20,000 nucleotides of DNA from an uncultured virus (IMG/VR IMGVR_UViG_3300045051_001511) (lineage: Duplodnaviria > Heunggongvirae > Uroviricota > Caudoviricetes): IMG/VR virus record IMGVR_UViG_3300045051_001511. One strand, given 5' to 3'. Under the pieces are notes generated by a model, which searched no databases, was not told the DNA's origin, and worked only from the letters and a program-made list of their open reading frames with translations. The position numbers were made by a program, and so were the translations under genes. This document shows positions 8,480 through 17,712 of this stretch, piece after piece. Each line of letters starts with the position of its first letter. Within the stretch, counting starts at the first letter, position 1.

Positions 8480-9358
8480 ATGAAGCAGGAAGTCCTCAAG
8501 GGCGGAACAGACAAAATCATGCTAGGCCTCAAGGATCATGGGCGGGCGGTCACGCCCTCGTCCTGCAGCGTTCGCATTCTCCAAGGCACGACCGTCTTGG
8601 CTTCAGGCGAGGCACCAGGTGGAGAGTTCATCGTTCCCGCTTCGGTCGTCGAAATTGTCCGAGAGGATCTCGTCGCCGACTGGACATTCACAATTGGCTC
8701 TGCGCCATCACAGCGCCGCATTGAGCTCTTCGATGTAGTTCTATTCAAACTTTTCCCCGTGGTCAGCGATGCGGACCTAATCGCAGAAACCGCGGTCCTG
8801 GCGTCGAATGAATACACCTGTGTCGGCGAGGTCTCGGACCCAACGGCTCTAGGGTTTGTGGATCGCGCGCTTATCGGCTCCCGAGAGGACTGGCTCGGGG
8901 CGATCCTTACCATGCTTTCAGGTGCAGATGCAGGAGGCCAGTATGTCGTTACCGGCTTTTCGCCCGTCACGGGGCAGATTAATTATTCACCGACGACCGA
9001 GGCTTTCGAAGGCGATTCCTTTTCCCTTCGACGTTCGTTCCAAGGCGAAATTGATGCGGCCTGGGCTGACATCTATGACAAGCTCACCCAGGCATGCGCC
9101 GCGGCGCCCGATGGATCCCGGCCAGAATTGATTATGACCCCGGATCGCCTTCGCCGGCCGCACCTCCTCAGGGCCTTGGAGAAGATCTTCCGCGGCTTAG
9201 CCGACGACCCTAGCGGCATCGACTGGGCAAGGGCCGAGAAATACGCTTCGGAGTTCGAGGCTGTATGGAATGGCCTACAGCTTGTTTTCGCCCATGATCA
9301 TGGGACCGAGCCCACCCCCGCGCGGGAGACTTCGGCCCAATGGGGATTCGGTCGATGA
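8480..9358 (+). CDS. Head-tail adaptor-like protein with extra beta domains
   Basis: Neck-module position. Helical C-terminal half (EIDAAWADIYDKL...LRALEKIFR...AEKY..EF) resembles adaptor proteins. Confidence 0.5.
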   Translation: MKQEVLKGGTDKIMLGLKDHGRAVTPSSCSVRILQGTTVLASGEAPGGEFIVPASVVEIVREDLVADWTFTIGSAPSQRRIELFDVVLFKLFPVVSDADLIAETAVLASNEYTCVGEVSDPTALGFVDRALIGSREDWLGAILTMLSGADAGGQYVVTGFSPVTGQINYSPTTEAFEGDSFSLRRSFQGEIDAAWADIYDKLTQACAAAPDGSRPELIMTPDRLRRPHLLRALEKIFRGLADDPSGIDWARAEKYASEFEAVWNGLQLVFAHDHGTEPTPARETSAQWGFGR

Positions 9359-9711
9359 TCGGCACCATCTGGGAGTACATCGTCGAGACGATGACAGGCC
9401 TTGGCTATCGTCTCGATTCTACGGAAGCCGATTCTTTGCAGGATCGGCATTACACCATCGCCCTTCCCTCCGTTCAGAGAAAGACCGATTCCTCGACTTT
9501 CGCGCGCCTCCGGGTCGCGCGTAGCGTCCAGATCCGTCTTCAGTTCCGCGAACGCAAGGATGCGTGCTTTCAGCGCGACATCACCAAGGAGATCGAGCAG
9601 GTGGCAACCACCGTCCGCTCGGTCCTTCTCTTCGAGTCCTCCTCCCTCATTGGAAGGGCGGGAGGCATGGTCGCCGAGATCCAGTTCACGGCGATCGACA
9701 GCATGAATTAA
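9355..9711 (+). CDS. Tail terminator-like protein
   Basis: ATGA overlap. 118 aa alpha/beta protein immediately before the tail tube gene. Confidence 0.45.
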   Translation: MIGTIWEYIVETMTGLGYRLDSTEADSLQDRHYTIALPSVQRKTDSSTFARLRVARSVQIRLQFRERKDACFQRDITKEIEQVATTVRSVLLFESSSLIGRAGGMVAEIQFTAIDSMN

Positions 9712-9721
9712 GGAGGCCCTC

Positions 9722-10921
9722 ATGGCGGCGGCTGATGCCCTTTCCGGGCGCAATGTGTGGGTGGGGGTCGGGAAGCAGGCAGCCTTCGGCACGCCGGTGG
9801 CCCCTTCGAAATTCTTCGAGGTCACGGCTCTTTCGGGTCTCCTCGAAGAATATCAATTCAAGAAGTCCGACCGGCGCGTCGGATCACGGTTCAAGCCCCT
9901 CGGCTTCAAGTCGGCGAAGAAGGTTCCGCTCAGCTTCACCGTGGAGGTCAATGCACAAAACATCGGCCTGCTTCTGATGCTCGGCTTTGGGGCCGATGCC
10001 GTCGCGGCCGCTGGCGCTGCCTTCAAGCATGCGGCGTCCCTCGTCGACGTCCTCCCTTACTTCACCTTCTGGGCCTCGACAGACCTCGTCGCTGATACCG
10101 ACGCGGCAGATACGATTCACCAGGTGATCAACTGCAAAGTGATCTCATTGAAGCTCGATGGTGCCGTGGACGACGTACTCAAGTGCACAATCGAAGCGGT
10201 CGGGACGGCCCGCTTCCCTGCTTTCAACAGCAAGGCTGGCATTGCGGGAACTGGTGCCTCCGCAAGTCCCAATATTAACGCAATTGCTTCGACGGCAGGC
10301 ATCGTCCCTGGGCAGACTATCACCGGGGCGAATATTCCGGGTGGAACGACCGTCCTTTCAGTCGCCGCCACATCCTTGGTCATGAGCGCGAATGCCTCGG
10401 GCGTCGTGGCCTCCTTTTCGGTCGCCGCGCCGGTCCCGACCTTCCCCACAGTCCGCTCGCTCTACCTAAAGGCCGAGGAAGGTCAGGCAAAAATCGAAGT
10501 AGGCGCAGCGGTCGGCTCCCTCGCGGAATTCGATGAGGCGACCGAGTTCCATTTCTCTATCACGAACGGCGTCTCCCCCGATATGCGAATTGACACCACC
10601 CCGAACGCATCTGCTTTGAAGGAAGGCGATTCCGAAATGACCGGATCTTTCAAGGTTGTCTACAATCGGAATTCGTTCGTCGAAATCAAAGCCTTCCAGG
10701 CGGGCACAGGGAGGGCGATCCGCTTCACAGATACGTCGGTAGAGCTCGCGGCAACAGGCCAGCCCTACAAGCTTACGCTGACGTCCGATAAGGCCCGGTA
10801 TTCAGGCGCGCCGGCATCTTTCGATCCCGACCTTATTTCGGCTGACGCCCAGTTCGAAATCGAGAAGACAGCGGCTTATCCCATCATCGAAGTCATCAAC
10901 ACCGATTCGGCCGCCTACTGA
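9722..10921 (+). CDS. Tail tube (major tail) protein
   Basis: SD AAGGAGG. Tube-family motifs VGVGKQAAFGTPVAP, CKVISLKLDG, FHFSITNG and MTGSFKV. Followed by chaperones and tape measure. Confidence 0.85.
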   Translation: MAAADALSGRNVWVGVGKQAAFGTPVAPSKFFEVTALSGLLEEYQFKKSDRRVGSRFKPLGFKSAKKVPLSFTVEVNAQNIGLLLMLGFGADAVAAAGAAFKHAASLVDVLPYFTFWASTDLVADTDAADTIHQVINCKVISLKLDGAVDDVLKCTIEAVGTARFPAFNSKAGIAGTGASASPNINAIASTAGIVPGQTITGANIPGGTTVLSVAATSLVMSANASGVVASFSVAAPVPTFPTVRSLYLKAEEGQAKIEVGAAVGSLAEFDEATEFHFSITNGVSPDMRIDTTPNASALKEGDSEMTGSFKVVYNRNSFVEIKAFQAGTGRAIRFTDTSVELAATGQPYKLTLTSDKARYSGAPASFDPDLISADAQFEIEKTAAYPIIEVINTDSAAY

Positions 10922-10937
10922 GCGGCAAAGGGGAACT

Positions 10938-11387
10938 ATGAACGAAGAGAAGAAAATGAAGGTCCGGGGACTCCAGACGGTGAAGCCGGTTAAGGTCGTT
11001 CTCGACAAGTATTTCGACGAGCCGCATTCCGTCACCGTGAAGCCCCTGCCCGTTCCCGCCCGGGCGCGGATTCAGGAGCTCACGACCGACGGGATGCGGT
11101 ACGCGACCAGGCAGACGAAAAAGGCGCTCGACATCGAGGCCATCGAGCAGGCAATGCCGGCGGAGGTTACCCTCGAGATCCGGCGTGTGAAACTTGCTGA
11201 GGCATATTCCAGCCATGACCTTGTTGGGGATGACGGCCAGGCCCTTCCCTGGGGCGAAGATCTCTGGAACATGCTGGATGACGCGAATCCCCTAATTCTG
11301 GCCGAGGTCCTCGAGGCAATCACGGAACTTTCCTATCCGGATGACGAAGAAGACCCTACTTCTCCCGGACGGAGCGGGAAGAAGTAA
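10938..11387 (+). CDS. Tail assembly chaperone (gpG equivalent)
   Basis: Between tail tube and tape measure. Acidic end DDEEDPT. Confidence 0.75.
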   Translation: MNEEKKMKVRGLQTVKPVKVVLDKYFDEPHSVTVKPLPVPARARIQELTTDGMRYATRQTKKALDIEAIEQAMPAEVTLEIRRVKLAEAYSSHDLVGDDGQALPWGEDLWNMLDDANPLILAEVLEAITELSYPDDEEDPTSPGRSGKK

Positions 11388-11662
11388 AGCTATGCGTGGA
11401 GGCCGCCCTGTCGAAAGGGAAATTCAGGGCAGGCTCTCCGCGATGGCGCGCACTCCGTAAATGGGGTTTTTGGGTCGACGTATTCAGCGCGATCTGCAAT
11501 CCCGACAACATGAGCTTGCAGATGGGACCGCTCGAGTACCTGGAGGCCTGCAAGAGCGATCCAAGAGAGATGGCGATCCTTCGCGCAGTACAGGACTGCA
11601 TGAGGGAACACGAGACCAAGAAGCGGGAGGCCGGCGCCAATGGGAATAATCGGACGACGTGA
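11354..11662 (+). CDS. Tail assembly chaperone gpT part, probably made by a -1 frameshift from the upstream ORF
   Basis: The -1 frame is open from 11345 to 11662 with no clear SD. It overlaps the end of gpG and the start of the tape measure gene. Confidence 0.6.
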   Translation, partial: PYFSRTEREEVKLCVEAALSKGKFRAGSPRWRALRKWGFWVDVFSAICNPDNMSLQMGPLEYLEACKSDPREMAILRAVQDCMREHETKKREAGANGNNRTT

Positions 11663-13409
11663 ATTCAAGCTTATCATGTCGCTTGACGATCAGACCAGGC
11701 GCGAGCGCGAAAGCATTAACCGCGGGTTGGGCGATGTTCAGCGCACAGCAAAGAAGGCGCAGGAAGAGGCGAAGGGATCCATCATCGAAATGGCGAAAGC
11801 CTCCAAGCAAGGCATGGAAGGAATCAAGGCCGTTCTGGAGCTGGGCGGCTGGCTCATGATGGCCCAGCAGATCGGCAAGGCTTTTATGGATATCACCGCC
11901 GAGGCACGCAAAAATTCCGCAGCTTTCCGTGATGCCGGCGCCGCCCTCTCCGTCGTAAAGTCTGAAATTGGGGAAAGCCTCGTAAAGGCCCTCGAGCCGC
12001 TGGCTGAAGGATTCTCAACCGTCCTGAAATATGGAACCGCCATTTTTAGACATTTCCCGGAAATCGCGAAAGAGACGTTCAAGTATATCGAAGACATCAT
12101 AACCGCTACATTCTCATGGGAAGGGCTCAAGACCATCTTCCTCTCCCTAGGGGAAGGTATTATTTCGATCTTCCGGTCAGCATTCGAGCATATCCCAAAG
12201 CTCTTCGTTGCAATGATAAAGCTGCTTATTTCCCCTATTTCTAGCCTTGGCGAATACCTCGGCGATACCCTCAAGAAGGCCCTTTCTGGAGAATGGAAAC
12301 AAATCGAATCCCCTGGAGCCTTCATCGCTCGGTCGCTGAAGGAGAATGTTGCCAATCTCAAAGGCGCTGGGACCGAAGCACTAGACTATATAAAGGCCCA
12401 GGCAGGCAACGTCGTCGCCGCCGCATCGAATATTGGAACGCTCTATGCCGATGCAAAAAGCAAATATGACAAGGCGACGATGAGCATTATTGCTCCCGAC
12501 TTGGCGGATTTCGATAATCAACTAAGGCTAAAGCGAGACGCAGGGATACCCGATTCCGAAAGCGTCCAGGGCGGATACAGGCAGGCGACTTGGAATGATG
12601 TCGCAATTTCCAGAGCGTTCGCGAACGGAATGAAGGACGGAATTCGGAATGTCGACTGGGCTACTGTAGCCCTAAATAGACGCGTCTCCGAGCCGGCATG
12701 GATGGATAGCGCACGCAATGTCACCTCTGGCCTCAAAAACACGGAGGCCGTCGCAGGCTTCGGTTCTGCAGGACCGCTCGGCGCCGTATTCGCCTCGGTA
12801 TCGAAATTCCTCCCGACACTCACGAACTTGATGAACATCCTCAATCCTCTTCAAACGATCCTCGATGCTGCCATGGGGGTCCTAGGGCCGATAATAAACG
12901 ATCTGCTTGCCCCGCTCTCGGGAGCCTTAAAGGTCCTCGGCTACGCCTTGGGGCACATCCTCGGACCGGCTCTGCAAATTCTGGAGCCTATCATCAAATT
13001 CGTTGCAGAGCTATTTGTCTGGGTATACAACACCATCATCGTTCCAGTCGGGAATCTCGTGATCGGTATTTTCAATTTCCTCTACAACGCCATTGCCGGC
13101 TTTATCAATGGGGTCATCTACCTTGTTGATCAAATCCCGTTCGTGGACATGCAGGGGAAATATATTACCTACCGGGACTTAACTGCAGGCCAGCTTGCTG
13201 CTATCGATACCTCAACGCTCGCAACGGCAGCTTCCTCCTCGGGGTCCGGCTCTTCGGGCGGCGGCTCGGCATCCTATGCGGCTGGAACCTCAATCACTAT
13301 TGAGAAAATCGAAATAAAGGCCGACTTCATCGCGGGTGACGCGGGCATGATGGACGTCGCCGTAAAGATCCGGGATCTCATCCGGGAAGCCGACAGGATC
13401 GGGAGATAG
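11640..13409 (+). CDS. Tail tape measure protein
   Basis: 589 aa, helical and amphipathic, with hydrophobic Pro-spaced repeats (LNPLQTIL, LGPIINDLLAPL, LGPALQILEPI). Follows the chaperones. Confidence 0.85.
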   Translation: MGIIGRREFKLIMSLDDQTRRERESINRGLGDVQRTAKKAQEEAKGSIIEMAKASKQGMEGIKAVLELGGWLMMAQQIGKAFMDITAEARKNSAAFRDAGAALSVVKSEIGESLVKALEPLAEGFSTVLKYGTAIFRHFPEIAKETFKYIEDIITATFSWEGLKTIFLSLGEGIISIFRSAFEHIPKLFVAMIKLLISPISSLGEYLGDTLKKALSGEWKQIESPGAFIARSLKENVANLKGAGTEALDYIKAQAGNVVAAASNIGTLYADAKSKYDKATMSIIAPDLADFDNQLRLKRDAGIPDSESVQGGYRQATWNDVAISRAFANGMKDGIRNVDWATVALNRRVSEPAWMDSARNVTSGLKNTEAVAGFGSAGPLGAVFASVSKFLPTLTNLMNILNPLQTILDAAMGVLGPIINDLLAPLSGALKVLGYALGHILGPALQILEPIIKFVAELFVWVYNTIIVPVGNLVIGIFNFLYNAIAGFINGVIYLVDQIPFVDMQGKYITYRDLTAGQLAAIDTSTLATAASSSGSGSSGGGSASYAAGTSITIEKIEIKADFIAGDAGMMDVAVKIRDLIREADRIGR

Positions 13410-13410
13410 A

Positions 13411-16400
13411 ATGGCTTGGCTTTTCGAGTTCAACCTCGGCGCAGGATTTTTGGACTACACCCATTCGGTGAAGGCAGAAAGCGTCCTTCGCCGATTGGAT
13501 ATCCATAATGAATCCCTTGGCCCGACCACAAACCAGATTTCCTTCCTAATGGCGCCGACCGCTGCCTTCATCGCGTCCCTTATGGCCGGGACATCAGATA
13601 TTCTGGTCCGAGTAACGAAGGATGGGGCGGCGTATTTTTATGGCATCTATCAACGCACCCTGGAGGCCTCGGAGCTCGTCGCCCTCGAGGATATTCAGGT
13701 CACGGTCTATGATCCATCGATCCTCCTCAAAAGAAAGCTTACAGCCCCCTACAAGAAGTGGGCCTCGACGGCGGTCGTCATTGTCGGGGAGCTTCTGACA
13801 GCCGGGGGATGGACCCAACAATCCCTTTCCTCGATCACCAATGCCATCGACTCAGCGACTTTCGAAAAGGGCGGTATTACCTACTTCGACGCAATAGATG
13901 CGATCCTTTCGAACTTCGGTTATGTCCTTTATTTCGACGAGGCCGGAAATGCGAAGACGTTTCTCCTCTTCCCGAATGCCCCGGCCTCATCGAAGACCTA
14001 TTCCACAGGCTCGGCCGGAAACATAATTGGCGAATTAAAGCTCTCGAGGAAGACTCGCCGTTATGCTGGATGCAAGGTCACTTTCTGGAAGCACGAAACG
14101 CGAGCGAATGCAGTTGTATTCTCCGATCCTTCCGGCGCCGGCCAGCTTAACAAATGCAATATTGACTTGACGCAGCATGCGAACGTCTACCCCGAACGGA
14201 CCGGGTCCGAAGACGTCTATTGCGAGTACTCTCTTGTCGAGAATGGCGTCTCTCGAGATCTCGTTGCGACGAACGGCGTGACTTCCGATATCCTCGGTTC
14301 CGGCATCGTGGTCGCCCAATTCGTCGACTATGGGCGAAAAGCCGCGGTTAAGATTACCGGATCCGGAACCGTAACTCGCCTCGACGTTAAGGCAACCTCG
14401 ACGATCATCAAAGGCTCGGCCGTGGTTAAGGAATCGATCATCGCTGGGCTTACCGATGCCCTGGACGAGTTCGAAGCCTCCTTCATCCAGGCCGACGCCG
14501 ATGCGGATTTCCTCGTTTCAGGTCGCCGTCGTTACTGGGAGTTTTCGGGCACCACATACTCCTTCAGGACTCAGGATACGGTGGCCCTCGGCGCGATTGC
14601 GACCATATCGAGCACGAACCTAGACATCAATCAACTCGTCCTCATTACCGGTTTCCAGGAGGACGACCTCGGGTTTAGGACAGTCTCTTGTGAGGCCGTC
14701 TCCGCCTATGCGCTCGCGACCGTTTCTACGATAAGGGAAACAATACCAGCCCCTAACCCTCCGGCCGGTGCCCCCGTAGTCGTGGTCAATGACATCACAG
14801 CGCCATCAGTTCCTACTTCGGTCGCAAGCGCCCAGCTTTCAAATGGACAGCTTCGTATCACTTTCGGAAAGTCTACCGATACCGAATCTGGGATGTCTCT
14901 ATACAAGATCTACCGTCGTGAAAACGGCACGACGGCCGAGGCCTGTGTTATGGACGTAGCAGATACTGCAAGTCCGACCTACGCCGTGGACGACTCCTCT
15001 CCAGTCGTCCGAAAATCCTATCAATACGCAGTCTCGGCCGTGGATCATCGTGGCAATGAGTCTGCTAAATCCGCCTGGACGGCGGCACTCGCGATCATCG
15101 ACACGAATGCGATCTATCGCGGCTTGAGGACTAAGGCACAAATAGCAGCCCTTACTAACAACAATGTCTCCGATTACGTTCTATGCTCAGAAGCGGTCGC
15201 AATTGGCGACGCGACTTTCCTTGAAGCGAATCCGATCTATTCGGTCTATCAGTGGAATGGTACGAAATGGTCAACTGTTGGAGTAACATCGACCCAGATC
15301 ATGGATTCAATGCATGATTACGTGGCCCAAAATCCTTCCACCGGTGCGTCCCTTTCTTTCATCCAAAATCTAGCGACGAATACAGCCCTGATAGATAGGC
15401 TTTTCGCCAACTTCATTCAATTAGGTGGAGCAATCTACTCCGGTGGGTACGATGCCGCCGGAAACAACCCTCTGAATTTGCCTGGCTTTTTCCTAAACAG
15501 CGCAGGCGGCCTAAATGCAGTAGAAGCCCTTATTGCGTCGATCAAGGCAATTGATCTTCAGACTATCGTCGCCTACAAAGGCTCATGGACCTATGGTGGA
15601 TCTTTCGGCGCCCCCTCGACATCTTTCGCGGGGCTATGTCCATCATTGTTAGCGCTACCGGACAAAACGGTGCTTTGCTTTTACTCAGGAACTGTACTCA
15701 CCGAGCGTATCTTCCTTCCTTCCGGCGTCTGGACGGAAGCGAAACCGATACCTGGCAATATCCCAAGCAGCATAAGCTCGGCATGCAGATTCGCTGACGG
15801 GCGTGTATTGTTGGTATATGCAAAACCAGGGTCGATGTATGCCTATTGCAAAATAAGGGGTACTGACGGGTCCTATGGCCCTGAGATAAAGATCTCGGCT
15901 TCGACAGTACAATCCCTATCTGTTGTTGCGCTATCAGATGACACTGCCGTCCTAATGTATCAGCGGGATTCTGATAATTATATAGTCGAGCAGGTTCGTT
16001 CCAAAGACGGTTCTTGGGGAGCACCTGCCATCGTAAACGGTGCTGTATCTGGAGGAAGGGGCTCGGGCACTGCGCTGGCAGACGGCAGCATCGTTTTTTA
16101 TTACAAGACCTACAATGTCGCCTATCTTGCAGAACGAGTACGTTCTCCGGCCGGGATTTGGGGTGCAGAGACTCTTCGCCTAGGTCCCGGTCTGGGCGAT
16201 CCAGCGGCGACAACCTTGCCAGATGGACGTGTCATCGTCGCATACACGCGTCTCTCCGATAATTTCCTATTGTTCGGCATCAGGAATACTAATGGCACAT
16301 TTTCAGGCGGGAACTCTTTAAATCCCTCGCCGTGTGGATTTCCGTCACTAGCTGTTCTTAGCGATGGAAGAGTCTTATCTCTATTCTCGCAATTGCCAAA

Positions 16401-16806
16401 TCTTGGAATTGGGCAATGCATTGACAATTCCCATTTCGGCAGTGTCGGATTTAAGGACGAATACGCCCAAGTCGGGGCCGGCATTGTTGAGGCGGGAGAG
16501 AATACAAACGGCAAATGGATTTTGTTTGGCGACGGTACAGCTATTGCGTGGTTCATTGGCACTTCATTTCTAGCATGCACAATTGCGCTGGCTCCGGTTT
16601 ATGTATCAGCTGGTGGCCATTATTACTATCCTATTGAGTTCGTAGGCAACAACCCAATCGTCGTTCCTATGCCGGGCAATGGCGCAGGTTATGCATGGAT
16701 AGGAAACGTCGTCACGTATGGGGACCATGTAGACATTTATGCCGTCGGTGGTCGGGCGACCGATACAATAGCTCCTGGATATATCGCGATTGGAAGGTGG
16801 AAATGA
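13411..16806 (+). CDS. Large tail tip / receptor-binding protein (hub-like N-terminus, FN3 domain, six-blade propeller, C-terminal fibre domain)
   Basis: FN3 signature DITAPSVP...YKIYRR...YQYAVSAVDHRGNESAKS. Six repeats of the L.DG.V...Y type. C-terminal IVEAGENTNGKWILFGDGT...YIAIGRWK is typical of tail-fibre ends. Confidence 0.8.
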   Translation: MAWLFEFNLGAGFLDYTHSVKAESVLRRLDIHNESLGPTTNQISFLMAPTAAFIASLMAGTSDILVRVTKDGAAYFYGIYQRTLEASELVALEDIQVTVYDPSILLKRKLTAPYKKWASTAVVIVGELLTAGGWTQQSLSSITNAIDSATFEKGGITYFDAIDAILSNFGYVLYFDEAGNAKTFLLFPNAPASSKTYSTGSAGNIIGELKLSRKTRRYAGCKVTFWKHETRANAVVFSDPSGAGQLNKCNIDLTQHANVYPERTGSEDVYCEYSLVENGVSRDLVATNGVTSDILGSGIVVAQFVDYGRKAAVKITGSGTVTRLDVKATSTIIKGSAVVKESIIAGLTDALDEFEASFIQADADADFLVSGRRRYWEFSGTTYSFRTQDTVALGAIATISSTNLDINQLVLITGFQEDDLGFRTVSCEAVSAYALATVSTIRETIPAPNPPAGAPVVVVNDITAPSVPTSVASAQLSNGQLRITFGKSTDTESGMSLYKIYRRENGTTAEACVMDVADTASPTYAVDDSSPVVRKSYQYAVSAVDHRGNESAKSAWTAALAIIDTNAIYRGLRTKAQIAALTNNNVSDYVLCSEAVAIGDATFLEANPIYSVYQWNGTKWSTVGVTSTQIMDSMHDYVAQNPSTGASLSFIQNLATNTALIDRLFANFIQLGGAIYSGGYDAAGNNPLNLPGFFLNSAGGLNAVEALIASIKAIDLQTIVAYKGSWTYGGSFGAPSTSFAGLCPSLLALPDKTVLCFYSGTVLTERIFLPSGVWTEAKPIPGNIPSSISSACRFADGRVLLVYAKPGSMYAYCKIRGTDGSYGPEIKISASTVQSLSVVALSDDTAVLMYQRDSDNYIVEQVRSKDGSWGAPAIVNGAVSGGRGSGTALADGSIVFYYKTYNVAYLAERVRSPAGIWGAETLRLGPGLGDPAATTLPDGRVIVAYTRLSDNFLLFGIRNTNGTFSGGNSLNPSPCGFPSLAVLSDGRVLSLFSQLPNLGIGQCIDNSHFGSVGFKDEYAQVGAGIVEAGENTNGKWILFGDGTAIAWFIGTSFLACTIALAPVYVSAGGHYYYPIEFVGNNPIVVPMPGNGAGYAWIGNVVTYGDHVDIYAVGGRATDTIAPGYIAIGRWK

Positions 16807-17066
16807 TGTGGCTAAAATATAGTCCGTGTCGAGGAAATAAGGATACAATAATTAGCATGTTATCCGCAAATAAACTTGCGATCGATGGAAATGACTACGA
16901 GTTCGAAAGCGATGACGTGCAATGGCCTGATATCGCAAAGGACACCGATTGCGCTATCCTGGAGGCCCATCGCGAATGTGGACAATTATACCTAACCGTA
17001 TTGCGCGTATATTCCGGAACGTCCACAGAATGGGACTCTGGCAAATACCATGAGGTGACAGCATGA
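16803..17066 (+). CDS. Tail-fibre-associated small protein
   Basis: ATGA overlap with the fibre stop. Pattern LKYSP.R....L.IDG.DYEF...GQLYLTVL resembles proteins found after phage fibres. Confidence 0.55.
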   Translation: MMWLKYSPCRGNKDTIISMLSANKLAIDGNDYEFESDDVQWPDIAKDTDCAILEAHRECGQLYLTVLRVYSGTSTEWDSGKYHEVTA

Positions 17067-17287
17067 TGCTGAAAGGCAAGACTCAGGCTTCGGTCGACGC
17101 GGATGCCCGCGTGGCCGCCCTGAAGGCCGAGGAGATGTCCTTGCTGGCTTGGATTGACTCTACGGACTGGATGGCTGCCCGCAAGACAAGAACCGGGAAA
17201 GACATCCCCCAGGAGGTGCAGGACAAGTATCTCGAGGCGACAGCGCGGATATCCGAAATCCGATCCCTCTGCAAGGCAGCGTTATGA
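17063..17287 (+). CDS. Tail fibre assembly-like small protein
   Basis: ATGA overlap. DSTDW..ARK..TGKDIP.EV....ARI motif typical of fibre-assembly C-terminal domains. Confidence 0.55.
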   Translation: MMLKGKTQASVDADARVAALKAEEMSLLAWIDSTDWMAARKTRTGKDIPQEVQDKYLEATARISEIRSLCKAAL

Positions 17288-17712
17288 ATATCAAGATAGA
17301 CACCTTGCCCGAGATCATCGCCGCGGGCATTCTTTGCCTCATGGCCCTAATTATTGTCATCAGAGCGGCAGGAAGGCTTTCAAGGAGTATCCTCGAAGCA
17401 TCCAAACGAGGAACAAAAACGAAGCTCGGTCCCCTCGAGGTCGTGAGCGAGGCCCCAGCCCCTCCTTTGTGTGCGCCAATCGAAGAGCATAGTCTCCTTC
17501 TAGAGGAGCTCAAATCGGCTATGTCGATGCTGGCGCCAGTGGTCAGGGGAATAGACGAAATGCAGCGGGCACAAAGCCAAGCACTCGATGTACTTCTTGG
17601 AATTGCAGAAGGGGAGAAAATAAATGGCCAAGTTAAAAAAGCGCGCCTAGGATTGGCTACCGCAGATGGATATAAGGCCGCGACGGCCGACGTCGCAGGA
17701 GGAAGGGAATGA
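17284..17712 (+). CDS. Single-TM membrane protein, holin or antiholin-like
   Basis: N-terminal TM segment (IIAAGILCLMALIIVI) followed by a coiled region. First gene of the lysis position. Confidence 0.5.
   Translation: MNIKIDTLPEIIAAGILCLMALIIVIRAAGRLSRSILEASKRGTKTKLGPLEVVSEAPAPPLCAPIEEHSLLLEELKSAMSMLAPVVRGIDEMQRAQSQALDVLLGIAEGEKINGQVKKARLGLATADGYKAATADVAGGRE

Noticed and set aside
16480..16806. Diversity-generating retroelement target or invertible fibre end
   Set aside because: No template repeat, reverse transcriptase, invertase or inverted fibre copy was seen in the window.
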